A stretch of 64,000 nt of DNA from contig CAVPRU010000003.1 of NCBI GenBank assembly GCA_963707875.1, forward strand, positions 151,046 to 215,045. The letters are read 5' to 3'. This DNA is from an uncultured Gemmatimonadales bacterium. Lineage in GTDB: Bacteria; Gemmatimonadota; Gemmatimonadetes; Gemmatimonadales; GWC2-71-9. Every line of letters begins with the position of its first letter. Position 1 is the first letter of the stretch. A model generated the notes under the pieces. The model saw only the letters and a list, made by a program, of their open reading frames with translations. It ran no database searches and was not told where the DNA came from. The position numbers and the translations under genes are program-made. Shown here piece by piece: positions 50,812 through 61,106 of this stretch.

Positions 50812-51063
50812 ATGCTGGGTCCGGAATGGCACCGGATGCCTCGTTTAGGGACGGACATCATGGTCAAGCGCAACGAAGCGGTACAGGAAAAGGTGTTTCA
50901 GGTCAGCGACGGAAGCGGTCGGTGTATCGGTCGAGTCGTCCTGCCCACTGGTGATGAGATTCTAGGTCCTCACGCCGGAACCGTGTTTCTGAATCGCAAG
51001 ACACTGCCGCTCCGGCCCAACTTCCCCTACATCACTCCTCCTGCCGGAGAGACGAGCGGCTGA
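50812..51063 (+). pseudogene. Possible remnant of a beta-propeller lipoprotein C-terminus
   Basis: VFQVSDGSGRCIGRVVLPTGDEILG...GTVFL resembles the last blade of the 44494..45594 protein. It has no convincing start. Confidence 0.35.
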
Positions 51064-51153
51064 CTCGCGCCTGGCTCTCCTGCGTCTCGTCGGAAGGCCG
51101 CGCACATTAGGTTCTCTGTGCGAGGCCTTTCGTCATATCCGTCGCCAGGAGAA

Positions 51154-53463
51154 ATGAGGATCCTCAGCCGTACTCGTCGTCCAAGCCGCGACGCCCTGGT
51201 TCGATCGGGGGCGCTATCCGGGGCATTGGCCCTGGCGCTCCTGGCTCCCGAAGTGGCGTCCGCCGCACCGGGACTGCGCCAGGGCCCTGAACAGCGTCGG
51301 GAGCCTGGTACGGTCATCGCCGCCGCCGAGTCGGCAATCCTGGCCGGCCGCCCGTGGCTGGCGACCGAGTTGCTGGATTCCCTGCTTCGAGACCCCGGAA
51401 CCAGGACCCCACGAACGGTCTTGGCTACCGCCCGTGCCGCCGCCGGCTGGCGGGGCTGGTCGCGGGTGGAACGGCTGCTTCAGGGAGCCACGTGGCTGGA
51501 CAGCCTCGACGGCGAGGGCCACGCCCTGCTGGCACGGGCCGCTCTGGAATCGGGTCGAACCAACGCAGCGCTCGACCATGCCCGTCGTTCGGTGGTGGGC
51601 ACCGTGGGCAGCAGCAGCGGTTCGCGTTTTGTGACCCTGGGCCGGGCCTGGGACCGGCTCGACCAGCGGGACTCGGCGGCGGTGGCATACCGTCGGGCGG
51701 CCGACCTGATCCCGGAACTTCGGGACTGGCTCACGCTCCGGGCCGCCGGGGTGACCGACAGCGCCCGGGACCGGGCCACCCTGCTCGGCACCGTCTCGCT
51801 CCCCGCTGCCCGGCTCCGGATCCGGTGGACCGAGGCCCTCGGGCGCGATCGTGCGGGACATCCACTTGAGGCGGCCCGGCTGTACGACTCGCTCGGCGAT
51901 CGGCTGACGGCCTTCCGGCTCCGCCTCGATGGCACCCCTCCGGACGCCCGGGCCGGACTCCGAGCCGAGTTGATCCAGGCCCTGGCGAGCTTGGACGCCA
52001 GCCAGGCCCGCGACGCCATCTCGCTCGTCGATCGTGAGCTGGCCCCCCTGACCCCGACCGAGCAACTGATTGTAGCCCGACGCGCCGTCGTCGTCGGACC
52101 TCCCGAGCGGACCGTGATCGGGTTCCGTGCCGCCGACCGCCAGGGCCTGCTCCACGAGGAGGACCGGTTCAGGTATGCAATCGCCCTGGTCAGTGCGGGC
52201 CAGTATCAGGAGGCGATCCGGCAGTTCGCTCGGGTGACCGGGAAGGAGTGGGGCGGTCGCGCGGCGTATCAGAGCGCCCGAACCCGGATGGTCATGGGCC
52301 GAACCGATCTGGCGATCCCGGCCCTGCGCGCCGTGGCGGAGACCCATCAGGGGGATCCCGAGGCGGCGGGCACCGCGCTCTTTCTCCTCGGGGACCTGTT
52401 GACCGACCGCGGTAAGGACTCCGCGGCCCGCGCCACCTTTCTCGAACTGGGTGGCCGTCATCCCACCAACCGGTTTGCGGCCACCGCCAGGCTGCGTGCC
52501 GCACTCACCGCTTTCCGTGCCGGAGTCCCCCGGCAAGCCGCCGCTGAACTCGACCTGCTCCGGGTCGGTGGGCCCGAGGCCGCCGCGGCCAGCTACTGGG
52601 CGGGGCGGGCCTGGCTGGCGGCGGGGGATACCACCACCGCGAAGGCGAGGTGGCACAGCGCCCTTTCCAGCGGGGACGAGTACTACACACTGCTGGCCGC
52701 CCAGTCCCTCGGCCTCCCCGGCTGGACCGCGCCAACCGGCCAGCGGAGTACCAGTGCGCTGCCGGGACTGGCCGCCGCGCTGTCGCGAGTCGACCTTCTC
52801 ATCGATCTGGGAATGCCAGTGGAAGCGGGGCAGGAATACGACTGGATCAACACCGAGGCCAGGCGGAGCACTCGGCTCCTGGTCGGGGCGGCACGGACCC
52901 TCGATTCCGCCGGACGACCGCACCGGGCGGTCCGGTTTGCGATCCGGGCCCAGGGTCAGGGGGCCGGAGCGGACAACCTGCTCGCCCGACTGCTCTATCC
53001 TTTGCCGCATGCGGAAACCGTGGTGGCCGAAGCCGGCCGGAACGCGATCGATCCGCTGCTGGTGGCCAGCATCATCCGACAGGAATCGGCCTTTGATCCG
53101 GATGCGACCTCGCGAGCCGGGGCGCGCGGGTTGATGCAGGTCATGCCGGCAGTCGGGGTGGCGGAGGCGCGAACCATCCCGATCGAGGATTTCGACCCGG
53201 TGTTGCTCTACCAGCCGGAGGTCAATCTCCTGCTCGGCACTCGCCAGCTGGCCGAAACGCTCAGAAAGTACCGGACCATGGAGCAGGCACTGGCGGCCTA
53301 TAACGCCGGTGGCAGCCGAGTGACGCGATGGTTGCAGACCCCGGGAGTGGCGGACGATGGGACCCTGTTCGTCGAACGGATCCCGCTCACCGAGACTCGG
53401 GACTACGTGCGCCGGATCGTGGTCGCCCTGGCCCGCTATCGGGTCCTCTACCCCTCGCCCTGA
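51154..53463 (+). CDS. slt: Soluble lytic transglycosylase (Slt70-like, TPR superhelix plus SLT domain)
   Basis: Signal peptide, helical repeats, IRQESAF, GARGLMQVMP, AAYNAG and ETRDYV. Confidence 0.9.
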   Translation: MRILSRTRRPSRDALVRSGALSGALALALLAPEVASAAPGLRQGPEQRREPGTVIAAAESAILAGRPWLATELLDSLLRDPGTRTPRTVLATARAAAGWRGWSRVERLLQGATWLDSLDGEGHALLARAALESGRTNAALDHARRSVVGTVGSSSGSRFVTLGRAWDRLDQRDSAAVAYRRAADLIPELRDWLTLRAAGVTDSARDRATLLGTVSLPAARLRIRWTEALGRDRAGHPLEAARLYDSLGDRLTAFRLRLDGTPPDARAGLRAELIQALASLDASQARDAISLVDRELAPLTPTEQLIVARRAVVVGPPERTVIGFRAADRQGLLHEEDRFRYAIALVSAGQYQEAIRQFARVTGKEWGGRAAYQSARTRMVMGRTDLAIPALRAVAETHQGDPEAAGTALFLLGDLLTDRGKDSAARATFLELGGRHPTNRFAATARLRAALTAFRAGVPRQAAAELDLLRVGGPEAAAASYWAGRAWLAAGDTTTAKARWHSALSSGDEYYTLLAAQSLGLPGWTAPTGQRSTSALPGLAAALSRVDLLIDLGMPVEAGQEYDWINTEARRSTRLLVGAARTLDSAGRPHRAVRFAIRAQGQGAGADNLLARLLYPLPHAETVVAEAGRNAIDPLLVASIIRQESAFDPDATSRAGARGLMQVMPAVGVAEARTIPIEDFDPVLLYQPEVNLLLGTRQLAETLRKYRTMEQALAAYNAGGSRVTRWLQTPGVADDGTLFVERIPLTETRDYVRRIVVALARYRVLYPSP

Positions 53464-54404
53464 CCGACCACCCCGTTCAGCAGCCCGCTCCCGGCAACGA
53501 GACTCCCGAGCATCTCGACCCTGATCGGCCGGGATCGCTCCAGCAGTCCGGTCCGCTGGAGCGCCTCGCCGAGCATCTCGTCCGGGCTGCGACCGGCCGC
53601 CCGCATCGCGGCCAGGGACCGCGCCCGGTGGCGCTTGCTCAGCTTGGCGCCTGAGGGGTCCAGAATCAGCGGGTGATGCAGGAATCCGGGCGGATCGGTC
53701 CGTCCCAGCAGCCGCGCCAGGAGGATCTGTCTCCCCGTGGAGGCCAGCAGGTCTTCTCCTCGAATGACCAGGGTTACAGCGTGACGCAGATCGTCCACCG
53801 TCACGGCGAACTGGTAGCTCCACTGACCGGTCCGGTCCCGAATCAGCAGATCGCCACATTGTCGGGCGGGCCGCTGGCGGCGGGGACCCAGTCGAAGATC
53901 CTCGAACGCGATCTCATCCTCCGGGAGCCGGACCCGGAGTCCGAACCCCGTGAGGGGCAGCCCGCGATCGCGACAGGTTCCGGGATACCGGAGTTCCTCC
54001 CCCTCCACGACACCGTCCCCGACCTGCGCCGCGATGACCGACCGGGAACAGTCACAGCCGTAGACCAGCCCCTGCCCGATCAGCAGTTCGAGAGCGGCCT
54101 GGTAGGAAGCATCGCAATCGCTTTGACGAAACGGGGAAGGACTGCTCTCGAGGCTGCCCACCGACGGATCGTCACCCGGGAAGCCCAGCCAGGCCAGGTC
54201 GGACAGCAATCCCGTTTCGTGCTCGACCCGGGACCGACCCCGATCGTGATCTTCGATCCGGACGATGACCCGGGCACCGAGGGCGCCGGCAACACCCCAG
54301 ACCCAGGCGGCATGGGCCAGGTGTCCCAGATGCAGTTGGCCGGTGGGGCTCGGAGCAAACCGGGTGACCAGGGGGGGCAGCGACCTCGAAACGGGATCGG
54401 GCAT
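53448..54404 (-). CDS. gluQ: Glutamyl-Q tRNA(Asp) synthetase
   Basis: RFAPSPTGQLHLGH, RIEDHD, CDCSR, YPGTC, VIRGEDL and KLSKR. It is short and has no anticodon-binding domain. Confidence 0.85.
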   Translation of the reverse strand: MPDPVSRSLPPLVTRFAPSPTGQLHLGHLAHAAWVWGVAGALGARVIVRIEDHDRGRSRVEHETGLLSDLAWLGFPGDDPSVGSLESSPSPFRQSDCDASYQAALELLIGQGLVYGCDCSRSVIAAQVGDGVVEGEELRYPGTCRDRGLPLTGFGLRVRLPEDEIAFEDLRLGPRRQRPARQCGDLLIRDRTGQWSYQFAVTVDDLRHAVTLVIRGEDLLASTGRQILLARLLGRTDPPGFLHHPLILDPSGAKLSKRHRARSLAAMRAAGRSPDEMLGEALQRTGLLERSRPIRVEMLGSLVAGSGLLNGVVGQGEG

Positions 54405-54420
54405 CCACTGATCCGCGCCC

Positions 54421-56451
54421 TCAGCGGGTGTACTTCTGGTACCAGCTGTCCATGTAGAGGAAGGTTCGCATCGCGTTCGAGGGCTTGGACATCGTCCCAT
54501 GCCACTCACCCTCGAACCGGAGCAGCGCCGCCGGGACCCCTCGCATCACCAGCGCGGCATAGAACTCCTCGGACTGGGGCATCGGAGTGCGCTGATCGAG
54601 CACCCCGGTCATCACTACCGTCGGAGTGGTCACCTTCCCGACATGCATCAGGGACGACTGCCGCAGCCACGGGGTCGGATCCTCCCAGAACGGCCGGTCA
54701 AAGAAGTTCTGGGTAAAGAGCGGAACGTCGGCATGTCCGATGAAGCTCAGCCAGTTACTGACCGGGCAGCGAACCGCGGCCGCGGCGAACCGGTCGGTGT
54801 GACCGATGACCCAGCTGGAGAGGACGCCGCCACCGCTGCACCCCCCGACGTACATCCGCTTCGGATCGACGCTTCCCCGCGCCACGACGGTATCGACTGC
54901 GGCCATGAGGTCGTCGTAGTCGACCGACGGGTAGGCTCGCTCGATGGCGTTGCCGAAATCGGTCCCGTATCCAGTGCTGCCCCGAGGATTGACATACAGC
55001 AGCAGGTAGCCCTTGGCGGCGAACCACTGGAAGAAGTTGTTGAAACCCACATTGTAAGTCCCGTGGGGCCCGCCATGGATCTCCATCACCAGCGGGTACT
55101 GCTTGGCGGGATCGAATCCGGGCGGCCGGACCAGCCACCCCTGGACCCGGGCACCACCACTCGAGGTGACCCAGATCTCCTCGACCTCGCCCAGCTGCCG
55201 ACCCGCGAGGAGGTCATCGTTGACCGTGGTGAGCTGGACGATCTCGCTCGGCTTCCGGAGATTGACGGTGACAATGTCGGGCGGTTTGTGATAGCTGGTA
55301 CGCACCCCGACCGCCATCTGCGACCGGGAGATGGCACCGAGCGAGAGCAGATGGGTGCCCGTGGTGACCGGGCGCACTCCGCCGCCGGTCCCGGCATAGT
55401 GGATGTTGACGGTGCCTTCGTCATCGGCGGTGAAGTAGACGCCCTTGCCGTCCGGCGCCCAAACGAGATTCTCAGGGTCGCGGTCAAGATCAGCCGACAC
55501 CCTCCGCGACGCCCCGGTGGCCCAGTCCATCAGATAAAGATCCTCGGCCCGGTAGCTCTTTCGGGTCTTCTCATACCCGGTGTACGCGATGGTCTTCCCA
55601 TCGGGGGAAAAGACCGGCTGATTCCAGGTTCCGGGAATCGTGGTGAGCTGTCGCAGCTGGCCGCCCGCCACATCGATGGCGAACAGGTGGGCGTCCCGGT
55701 AGTTGAGATCGGTGTCCTCCCCGCGGTATCCGTCGGCCACGATGGTCCGGCCATCGGGGCTCCAACTCCAGTTGACCCCGCCCATCAGGCCATCAAACCG
55801 GGCGCCCAGGGACCAGTCGCCCCGGGTCAGTTGCCGCGGGGTGCTCCCGTCCGCGGCAACCTGGAAGAGGTGGTACCCCCCCGGCTCCGTATAGCCGATC
55901 CGATCCTGCCGGTAGTGCAGCCGGTCGACGAATCGCGGCGGCGCCGTCCACTTGGCATCCTTCGGTGCCGACGGCATGTCGATCTTCCAGTCCGAAGTCT
56001 TCGGCACGAACCGGGCAAAGGCGATCGACTTGCCGTCCGGGGACCACCCGATGTTGCTGGGTGGGTACTCCTCCCGGGTCACCTGGGTCGGGGGACCCTC
56101 CCGGTCCACCCATCGCACGAAGATCTGGGTGCCCTTGGGCTCCCCCTCGGCCAGGTAGCCCACCCGGGTCCCGTCGGGGGACCAGACCGGATTGCTCCCC
56201 TTGGTGAAGAACCGGTTCCGCCCGCCATTCTCGTCCATGATCCACAGGGCGGACTCGAATCGGTCCTCCAGCTTGTTGATCCAGCTCCGGGTGTAGACGA
56301 TCACCTTGCCGTCCGGCGAAAACCTCGGGCTGGAGACCGTCTCATAATCGAGATAGCTGGCCGGGGTCAGCAGGGTCTCCTGACTGATGAGCACCGTGGG
56401 CAAGGCCGGGACCAGCAGGACGGTGCGGAGGAGGCACAGACGGCGGATCAT
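54421..56451 (-). CDS. S9 family peptidase (PD40 propeller plus alpha/beta hydrolase)
   Basis: WSPDG repeats, IHGGPH, GCSGGG nucleophile, DQRTP and EWHG. Confidence 0.93.
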   Translation of the reverse strand: MIRRLCLLRTVLLVPALPTVLISQETLLTPASYLDYETVSSPRFSPDGKVIVYTRSWINKLEDRFESALWIMDENGGRNRFFTKGSNPVWSPDGTRVGYLAEGEPKGTQIFVRWVDREGPPTQVTREEYPPSNIGWSPDGKSIAFARFVPKTSDWKIDMPSAPKDAKWTAPPRFVDRLHYRQDRIGYTEPGGYHLFQVAADGSTPRQLTRGDWSLGARFDGLMGGVNWSWSPDGRTIVADGYRGEDTDLNYRDAHLFAIDVAGGQLRQLTTIPGTWNQPVFSPDGKTIAYTGYEKTRKSYRAEDLYLMDWATGASRRVSADLDRDPENLVWAPDGKGVYFTADDEGTVNIHYAGTGGGVRPVTTGTHLLSLGAISRSQMAVGVRTSYHKPPDIVTVNLRKPSEIVQLTTVNDDLLAGRQLGEVEEIWVTSSGGARVQGWLVRPPGFDPAKQYPLVMEIHGGPHGTYNVGFNNFFQWFAAKGYLLLYVNPRGSTGYGTDFGNAIERAYPSVDYDDLMAAVDTVVARGSVDPKRMYVGGCSGGGVLSSWVIGHTDRFAAAAVRCPVSNWLSFIGHADVPLFTQNFFDRPFWEDPTPWLRQSSLMHVGKVTTPTVVMTGVLDQRTPMPQSEEFYAALVMRGVPAALLRFEGEWHGTMSKPSNAMRTFLYMDSWYQKYTR

Positions 56452-56489
56452 GGGGGACTCCTGTCCAGGGGATGGAGCAAGCTGTTCTC

Positions 56490-57134
56490 TCAGGTCGTCG
56501 ATCGTTCGTCGCGGCGGCGGCTCAGTTCGAGTTCGACCCGGGCCAGGATCATCTCGACACCGATCCGGTTGTGGCCGCCCTCGGGAAGGATGATGTCGGC
56601 ATACCGCTTGGAGGGCTCGATGAACTCGAGGTGCATCGGGCGGACGCTGCCGAGATACTGCCGGACCACATCGTCCAGGGTGCGACCCCGTTCCGTCACG
56701 TCCCGCTGCAGCCGCCGGATGAAACGCACGTCGTCGTCGACATCGACGAAGATCTTGATGTCGAACAGCGTCCGCAGTCGCGGATCCGCGAAGAGCAGGA
56801 TGCCATCGACCACGATGACCTCCCCGGGACGCACATCGACCGTCCGGGCAGCCCGGGTGTGTGCCGGGTAGTCGTAGGTCGGCTTCTGGATCGTCTGCCC
56901 GGCCGCCAGCGCTTCCAGCTGGAGCACCATCAAGTCGGTGTCGAAGGCGTCGGGATGATCGAAATTCACCCGCCGGCGCTCCTCGAGGGGAAGGTGACCG
57001 AGGTCAGCATAGTAGGCGTCCTGGTCGATGAATGCCGCGTCGATGCCAAGAAATTCGTGGATCGCGCGGGCCACCGTGGTCTTGCCGGACCCCGAACCAC
57101 CAACCACGCCGATCATCAAGGGACGCTGGGACAT
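56490..57134 (-). CDS. udk: Uridine kinase
   Basis: GGSGSGKTT, QDAYY, NFDHPDAFD, RRLQRD..ERGR and FIEPSKRYADII. ATG 57134 is preferred; 57149 is the alternative. Confidence 0.95.
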   Translation of the reverse strand: MSQRPLMIGVVGGSGSGKTTVARAIHEFLGIDAAFIDQDAYYADLGHLPLEERRRVNFDHPDAFDTDLMVLQLEALAAGQTIQKPTYDYPAHTRAARTVDVRPGEVIVVDGILLFADPRLRTLFDIKIFVDVDDDVRFIRRLQRDVTERGRTLDDVVRQYLGSVRPMHLEFIEPSKRYADIILPEGGHNRIGVEMILARVELELSRRRDERSTT

Positions 57135-57238
57135 GATGGACGGTAGCATGGCCTGCCGGGTTCATGTTGGCAAGCCGGTGTGGGCGGCTTATGATCCCCC
57201 GAACGTCTCAGCCGCAATCCCCCCAGCATTGGAGTCAC

Positions 57239-57778
57239 GTGGCCAAGGTCCTGCTTCTCCTGGTCGCCGGTACGCTCGCTCTGATCACCCCGATCACCGC
57301 CCAGGACCCAGTGGCCCCTGGACGGACGGTCCGCGTCAGCACCGATAGCGGTCGGGTGCAGGGCACCATCTCCGAACAGACCGATCGAGAACTCACACTG
57401 GCGACCGAGGCCGGCAGCCGGGCGATCCCCCTGGCGTCGATTTCGAGACTCGAGGCTCGGAACGGGAAGAACCGCGGCAAGGGGGCCCTGATCGGGGCCG
57501 GCGTCGGCATCCTGGTGGGAGGTATCCTGGCCCCGCTCACCACCAGGAGTGAGAGTTGCGACTGCGTTACTGTTGCTGGCTCTTCCCTGGCCGAAGCCAG
57601 CATCACCGGTGAAGCCGTCCTGCTCGGGGCACTGGTGGGTGGCAGCATGGGCGGGCTGCTCGGCGCCTTCGTGCTGGCACCGAACCGATGGACCGCGCAC
57701 CCATTGCCGACCGGTAGCGCGTTCCGACCCGTTACTTCCGCCGCTGGCTGGCGGGTCGGGTTGAAGTTCTCGTTCTGA
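57239..57778 (+). CDS. Secreted/outer-membrane hypothetical protein with glycine-zipper helices
   Basis: GGAG RBS before the GTG, signal peptide, GALIGAGVGILVGG, GALVGGSMGGLLG and C-terminal VGLKFSF. Confidence 0.7.
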   Translation: MAKVLLLLVAGTLALITPITAQDPVAPGRTVRVSTDSGRVQGTISEQTDRELTLATEAGSRAIPLASISRLEARNGKNRGKGALIGAGVGILVGGILAPLTTRSESCDCVTVAGSSLAEASITGEAVLLGALVGGSMGGLLGAFVLAPNRWTAHPLPTGSAFRPVTSAAGWRVGLKFSF

Positions 57779-57794
57779 TCTGCCGGAGACTCCC

Positions 57795-58943
57795 ATGCGC
57801 ATCGCCTCCCTGCTCGTCGCGCTCCTCGCCGTACCACCGGTCGCGGCCGGGGCCCAGACCAGCGCCCCCTACTACCCCGAGCCCGGCGCGGGCTGGGAGC
57901 ATCGCGCCGCCAGTGTGGTCGGGATGAACCCGGCCCTGGTGGACTCGGCGGTCGCCTTCGCGAAGGCCAGTGAGGTTCCCTGGGATCGCTCCATGGCGGT
58001 CCAGATGGCCCGCAACGTGGCCACCGAGCCATACCCGGACATCCTGGGGCCAATCAAGGACTGGGGCGGGATCGGCGGGATGGTCATCCGGAACGGCTAT
58101 ATCGTGGCCGAATGGGGCGATGTGGAACGAGTCGACATGACCTTCTCGGTATCCAAGAGCTACCTGTCGGCGGTGACCGGGATCGCGTTCGATCGAGGGA
58201 TGATCCCCGACCTGCACCGGCCGGAGGGCGAGTCGATCCATGACGGTGGCTTCGACAGCCCCCACAACGCCCAGATCACCTGGCACGATCACCTGACCCA
58301 GACCAGCGAATGGGAAGGCACCCTGTGGGACAAGCCGGATGTGGCCGACCGGCGGCGGGGACGGGACCGTCAGCTCGAGACCCCCGGCACCTTCTGGGAG
58401 TACAACGACGTCCGGGTCAATCGGCTCGCGCTCTCGATGCTGCGGCTCTTCAATCGTCCGCTCCCCGAGATCCTCAAGGCCGAGATCATGGATCCGATCG
58501 GGGCCTCCGACACCTGGGTCTGGCACGGCTACCGGAACTCGTACGTGGAGATCGCCGGCCAGCAGGTGCAGTCGGTCAGTGGCGGCGGTCATTGGGGCGG
58601 CGGCGTCTGGGCCAGCACCCGGGACCACGCCCGGTTCGGCTACCTGATGCTGCGACGGGGCAAGTGGGGTAACCGGCAGCTGTTGTCGGAAAAGTGGATC
58701 GACCTCGCGACCACCCCGACCCCGATCCGGCCGGTCTACGGCTACATGTGGTGGCTCAATTCCCCCGAGGCGAAGCAGTACCCGGCTGCCACGGAGCGAT
58801 CCTTCTTTGCACTCGGCTCCGGCGGCAACGTCATCTGGATCGCCCCGGAGCTGGACCTGGTGGTGGTGACACGCTGGATGGACACCCGGCGGATCAACGA
58901 GTTCATGGGACTCGTCGTGGCCGCCACCCAACCCGACCTCTGA
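57795..58943 (+). CDS. Serine hydrolase, beta-lactamase/AmpC-like family
   Basis: Signal peptide, SxxK (FSVSKS), PGTFWEYND, RDHARFG and YGYMWW. Confidence 0.88.
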   Translation: MRIASLLVALLAVPPVAAGAQTSAPYYPEPGAGWEHRAASVVGMNPALVDSAVAFAKASEVPWDRSMAVQMARNVATEPYPDILGPIKDWGGIGGMVIRNGYIVAEWGDVERVDMTFSVSKSYLSAVTGIAFDRGMIPDLHRPEGESIHDGGFDSPHNAQITWHDHLTQTSEWEGTLWDKPDVADRRRGRDRQLETPGTFWEYNDVRVNRLALSMLRLFNRPLPEILKAEIMDPIGASDTWVWHGYRNSYVEIAGQQVQSVSGGGHWGGGVWASTRDHARFGYLMLRRGKWGNRQLLSEKWIDLATTPTPIRPVYGYMWWLNSPEAKQYPAATERSFFALGSGGNVIWIAPELDLVVVTRWMDTRRINEFMGLVVAATQPDL

Positions 58944-58957
58944 GTGGACGACGACGA

Positions 58958-60031
58958 ATGACTGCTCCGGTAAACCTCGCGGACATCGAAGCACTCGCGG
59001 CAGCCAAGCTCGACCAGCACGCGGCCGAATACATCAACGGCGGCGCCGAGGACGAGCACAGCCTGCGGGAGAACCGCCGGGCGTTCAGCAGCTTCGAATT
59101 CCGGCCCCACTGCCTGGTGGATGTGAATGAGCGCTCCACCGCCACCACCGTGCTCGGCACTGAGGTCACCTCGCCGATCCTGGTGGCCCCAACCGGGTTC
59201 CAGCGGCTGGCCCATCCGGACGGGGAACTGGCCACCGCCCGGGCCGCCGCGGCCGCCGGCACCATCATGGTGGTCAGCACGTTCGCGACGTGCTCGCTGG
59301 AGGACGTGGCCGAAACCGGACCCGGGTCGCGGTGGTTTCAGCTGTACGTGCACAAGGACCGGGGGCTCACGGCGGATCTGGTCAAGCGGGCCGAAGCCGC
59401 TGGATACCAGGCGCTGGTGCTGACGACGGACGTCGCGGTCCTCGGTCGCCGGGAGCGGGACCTTCGGAGCGGCTTTGTGCTCCCGACGGACCTCCGGCTG
59501 GCCAACTTCGATCTCGGGCAGTCCGAGGGGCTGCACGGCGCCGAGGGTGATTCCGGCCTCGCGGCGTTCCATCGTGGGGTGCGGGACTCCTCCTTCACCT
59601 GGAAGGGGGTCGAGTGGCTCGCCTCCATCACCGAGTTGCCGATCCTCCTCAAGGGCGTCCTCCGCGGGGATGACGCGAAGATCGGGCTCGACCACGGCGT
59701 CTCGGCGATCATCGTTTCCAACCACGGTGGCCGCCAGCTGGACGGCGCGCTTCCGGCGCTTCGGGCGGTCCCCGAGATCGTGGATGCAGTGGAGGACCAG
59801 ATCGAGATCCTGATGGACGGCGGCGTACGCCGGGGGACCGACGTGGCCAAGGCCGTGGCACTTGGGGCCCGCGCGGTGCTGATCGGTCGACCGGTGCTCT
59901 GGGGCCTGGCCTGGGACGGCGAGGCCGGGGTGCGGCGAGTGCTGGAGATGCTGCAGGATGAGTTCGATACCACCATGGCCCTGCTCGGCGCCCCGACCGT
60001 GGCCGATCTCACCACCGACCTGCTGGCCTGA
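58958..60031 (+). CDS. FMN-dependent alpha-hydroxy acid oxidase/dehydrogenase
   Basis: WFQLY, GRRERD, LKG, SNHGGRQLD and DGGVRRGTDV. Confidence 0.93.
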   Translation: MTAPVNLADIEALAAAKLDQHAAEYINGGAEDEHSLRENRRAFSSFEFRPHCLVDVNERSTATTVLGTEVTSPILVAPTGFQRLAHPDGELATARAAAAAGTIMVVSTFATCSLEDVAETGPGSRWFQLYVHKDRGLTADLVKRAEAAGYQALVLTTDVAVLGRRERDLRSGFVLPTDLRLANFDLGQSEGLHGAEGDSGLAAFHRGVRDSSFTWKGVEWLASITELPILLKGVLRGDDAKIGLDHGVSAIIVSNHGGRQLDGALPALRAVPEIVDAVEDQIEILMDGGVRRGTDVAKAVALGARAVLIGRPVLWGLAWDGEAGVRRVLEMLQDEFDTTMALLGAPTVADLTTDLLA

Positions 60032-60043
60032 CCGGCCCACCTC

Positions 60044-61078
60044 ATGCCCAAGCCACGCCGAACGACCCTCACCTTGTTGCTGGCCCTGGTCGTCACTCCA
60101 GCCGTCGCCCGGGCCCAGCGAACCGGGGCCGTGGTTCCCGCCGCTATTGCGGCCCTGCTCGACTCCCTCAGCTCCGATGCCATGCTTGGCCGCCAGACCG
60201 GCAGCGAAGGAAGCCGGAAAGCCGCCGAGCTCATCGGCCGCCGGATGCGGCTCGCGGGACTCACACCGGCCGGGGACCGCGACTACTTCCAGACCATCCC
60301 CCTGGCCAGGGCGGACAACCGCCGTGTCGTCCTCGTGGTGGATCGGTCGGCGCTCGACAGCTTCCCGGCTGACCGCCGCCTGGTGGGTGGCAACGTCGTG
60401 GGGGTACTTCCCGGCAATGACCCGGCCCTCCGGGACGAGGTCGTGCTGGTCACCGCCCACTACGACCACATCGGGGTGCGTCAGCCGATCGACGGGGATT
60501 CGATCAACAACGGGGCCGATGACAATGCCTCGGGCACAGTCGCGATGCTGGAGGTGGCGCGGCTGCTGGCCGCGACCGGCGGCACCAGGCGGACACTGGT
60601 CTTCGCGGCGTTTACCGGGGAGGAGCTGGGCGGACTCGGTACCCGCTGGTATCTCCAGCACCCCACTCGCCCCTTGGACAAGACCGTGGCCAACCTCAAC
60701 ATCGAGATGATCGGCCGGCCCGATTCGCTGGCCGGCGGCCCCGGACGGGCCTGGCTGACGGGGTACCAGCGCTCCACCATGGGGGATGGATTGGCGGCGG
60801 CCGGCATCCCGATCGTGCCTGACCCACGACCCGACCAGAATTTCTTTCGCCGGAGCGACAACTACGCCTTCGCCCTGCAGGGCATCCCGGCGCATACCCT
60901 GTCGAGCTTCAACCTGCACTCGGACTATCACCGGCCGAGCGACGAGGCCGCGCTGGCCGACCCGGACCACATGGCGCAAGTCATCGAGGCCACCGCCCGG
61001 GCCGTTCGACTGTTGGGTGATGGCCCGACCCCAAGCTGGAAGCCGGGCGGGCGGCCGGAACCACGCCGCGCCCCCTGA
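60044..61078 (+). CDS. Secreted M28 family metallopeptidase
   Basis: AHYDHIG, GADDNASG, GEELG, NIEMIG, RSDN and YHRPSD. Confidence 0.92.
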   Translation: MPKPRRTTLTLLLALVVTPAVARAQRTGAVVPAAIAALLDSLSSDAMLGRQTGSEGSRKAAELIGRRMRLAGLTPAGDRDYFQTIPLARADNRRVVLVVDRSALDSFPADRRLVGGNVVGVLPGNDPALRDEVVLVTAHYDHIGVRQPIDGDSINNGADDNASGTVAMLEVARLLAATGGTRRTLVFAAFTGEELGGLGTRWYLQHPTRPLDKTVANLNIEMIGRPDSLAGGPGRAWLTGYQRSTMGDGLAAAGIPIVPDPRPDQNFFRRSDNYAFALQGIPAHTLSSFNLHSDYHRPSDEAALADPDHMAQVIEATARAVRLLGDGPTPSWKPGGRPEPRRAP

Positions 61079-61106
61079 CCTTGCCCCCGACGGGAGGACT
61101 CTTCCG

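Noticed and set aside
57795-58943. Antibiotic-resistance beta-lactamase
   Set aside because: Only the general SxxK serine hydrolase fold is supported. Class A and class C signature motifs such as KTG are absent.
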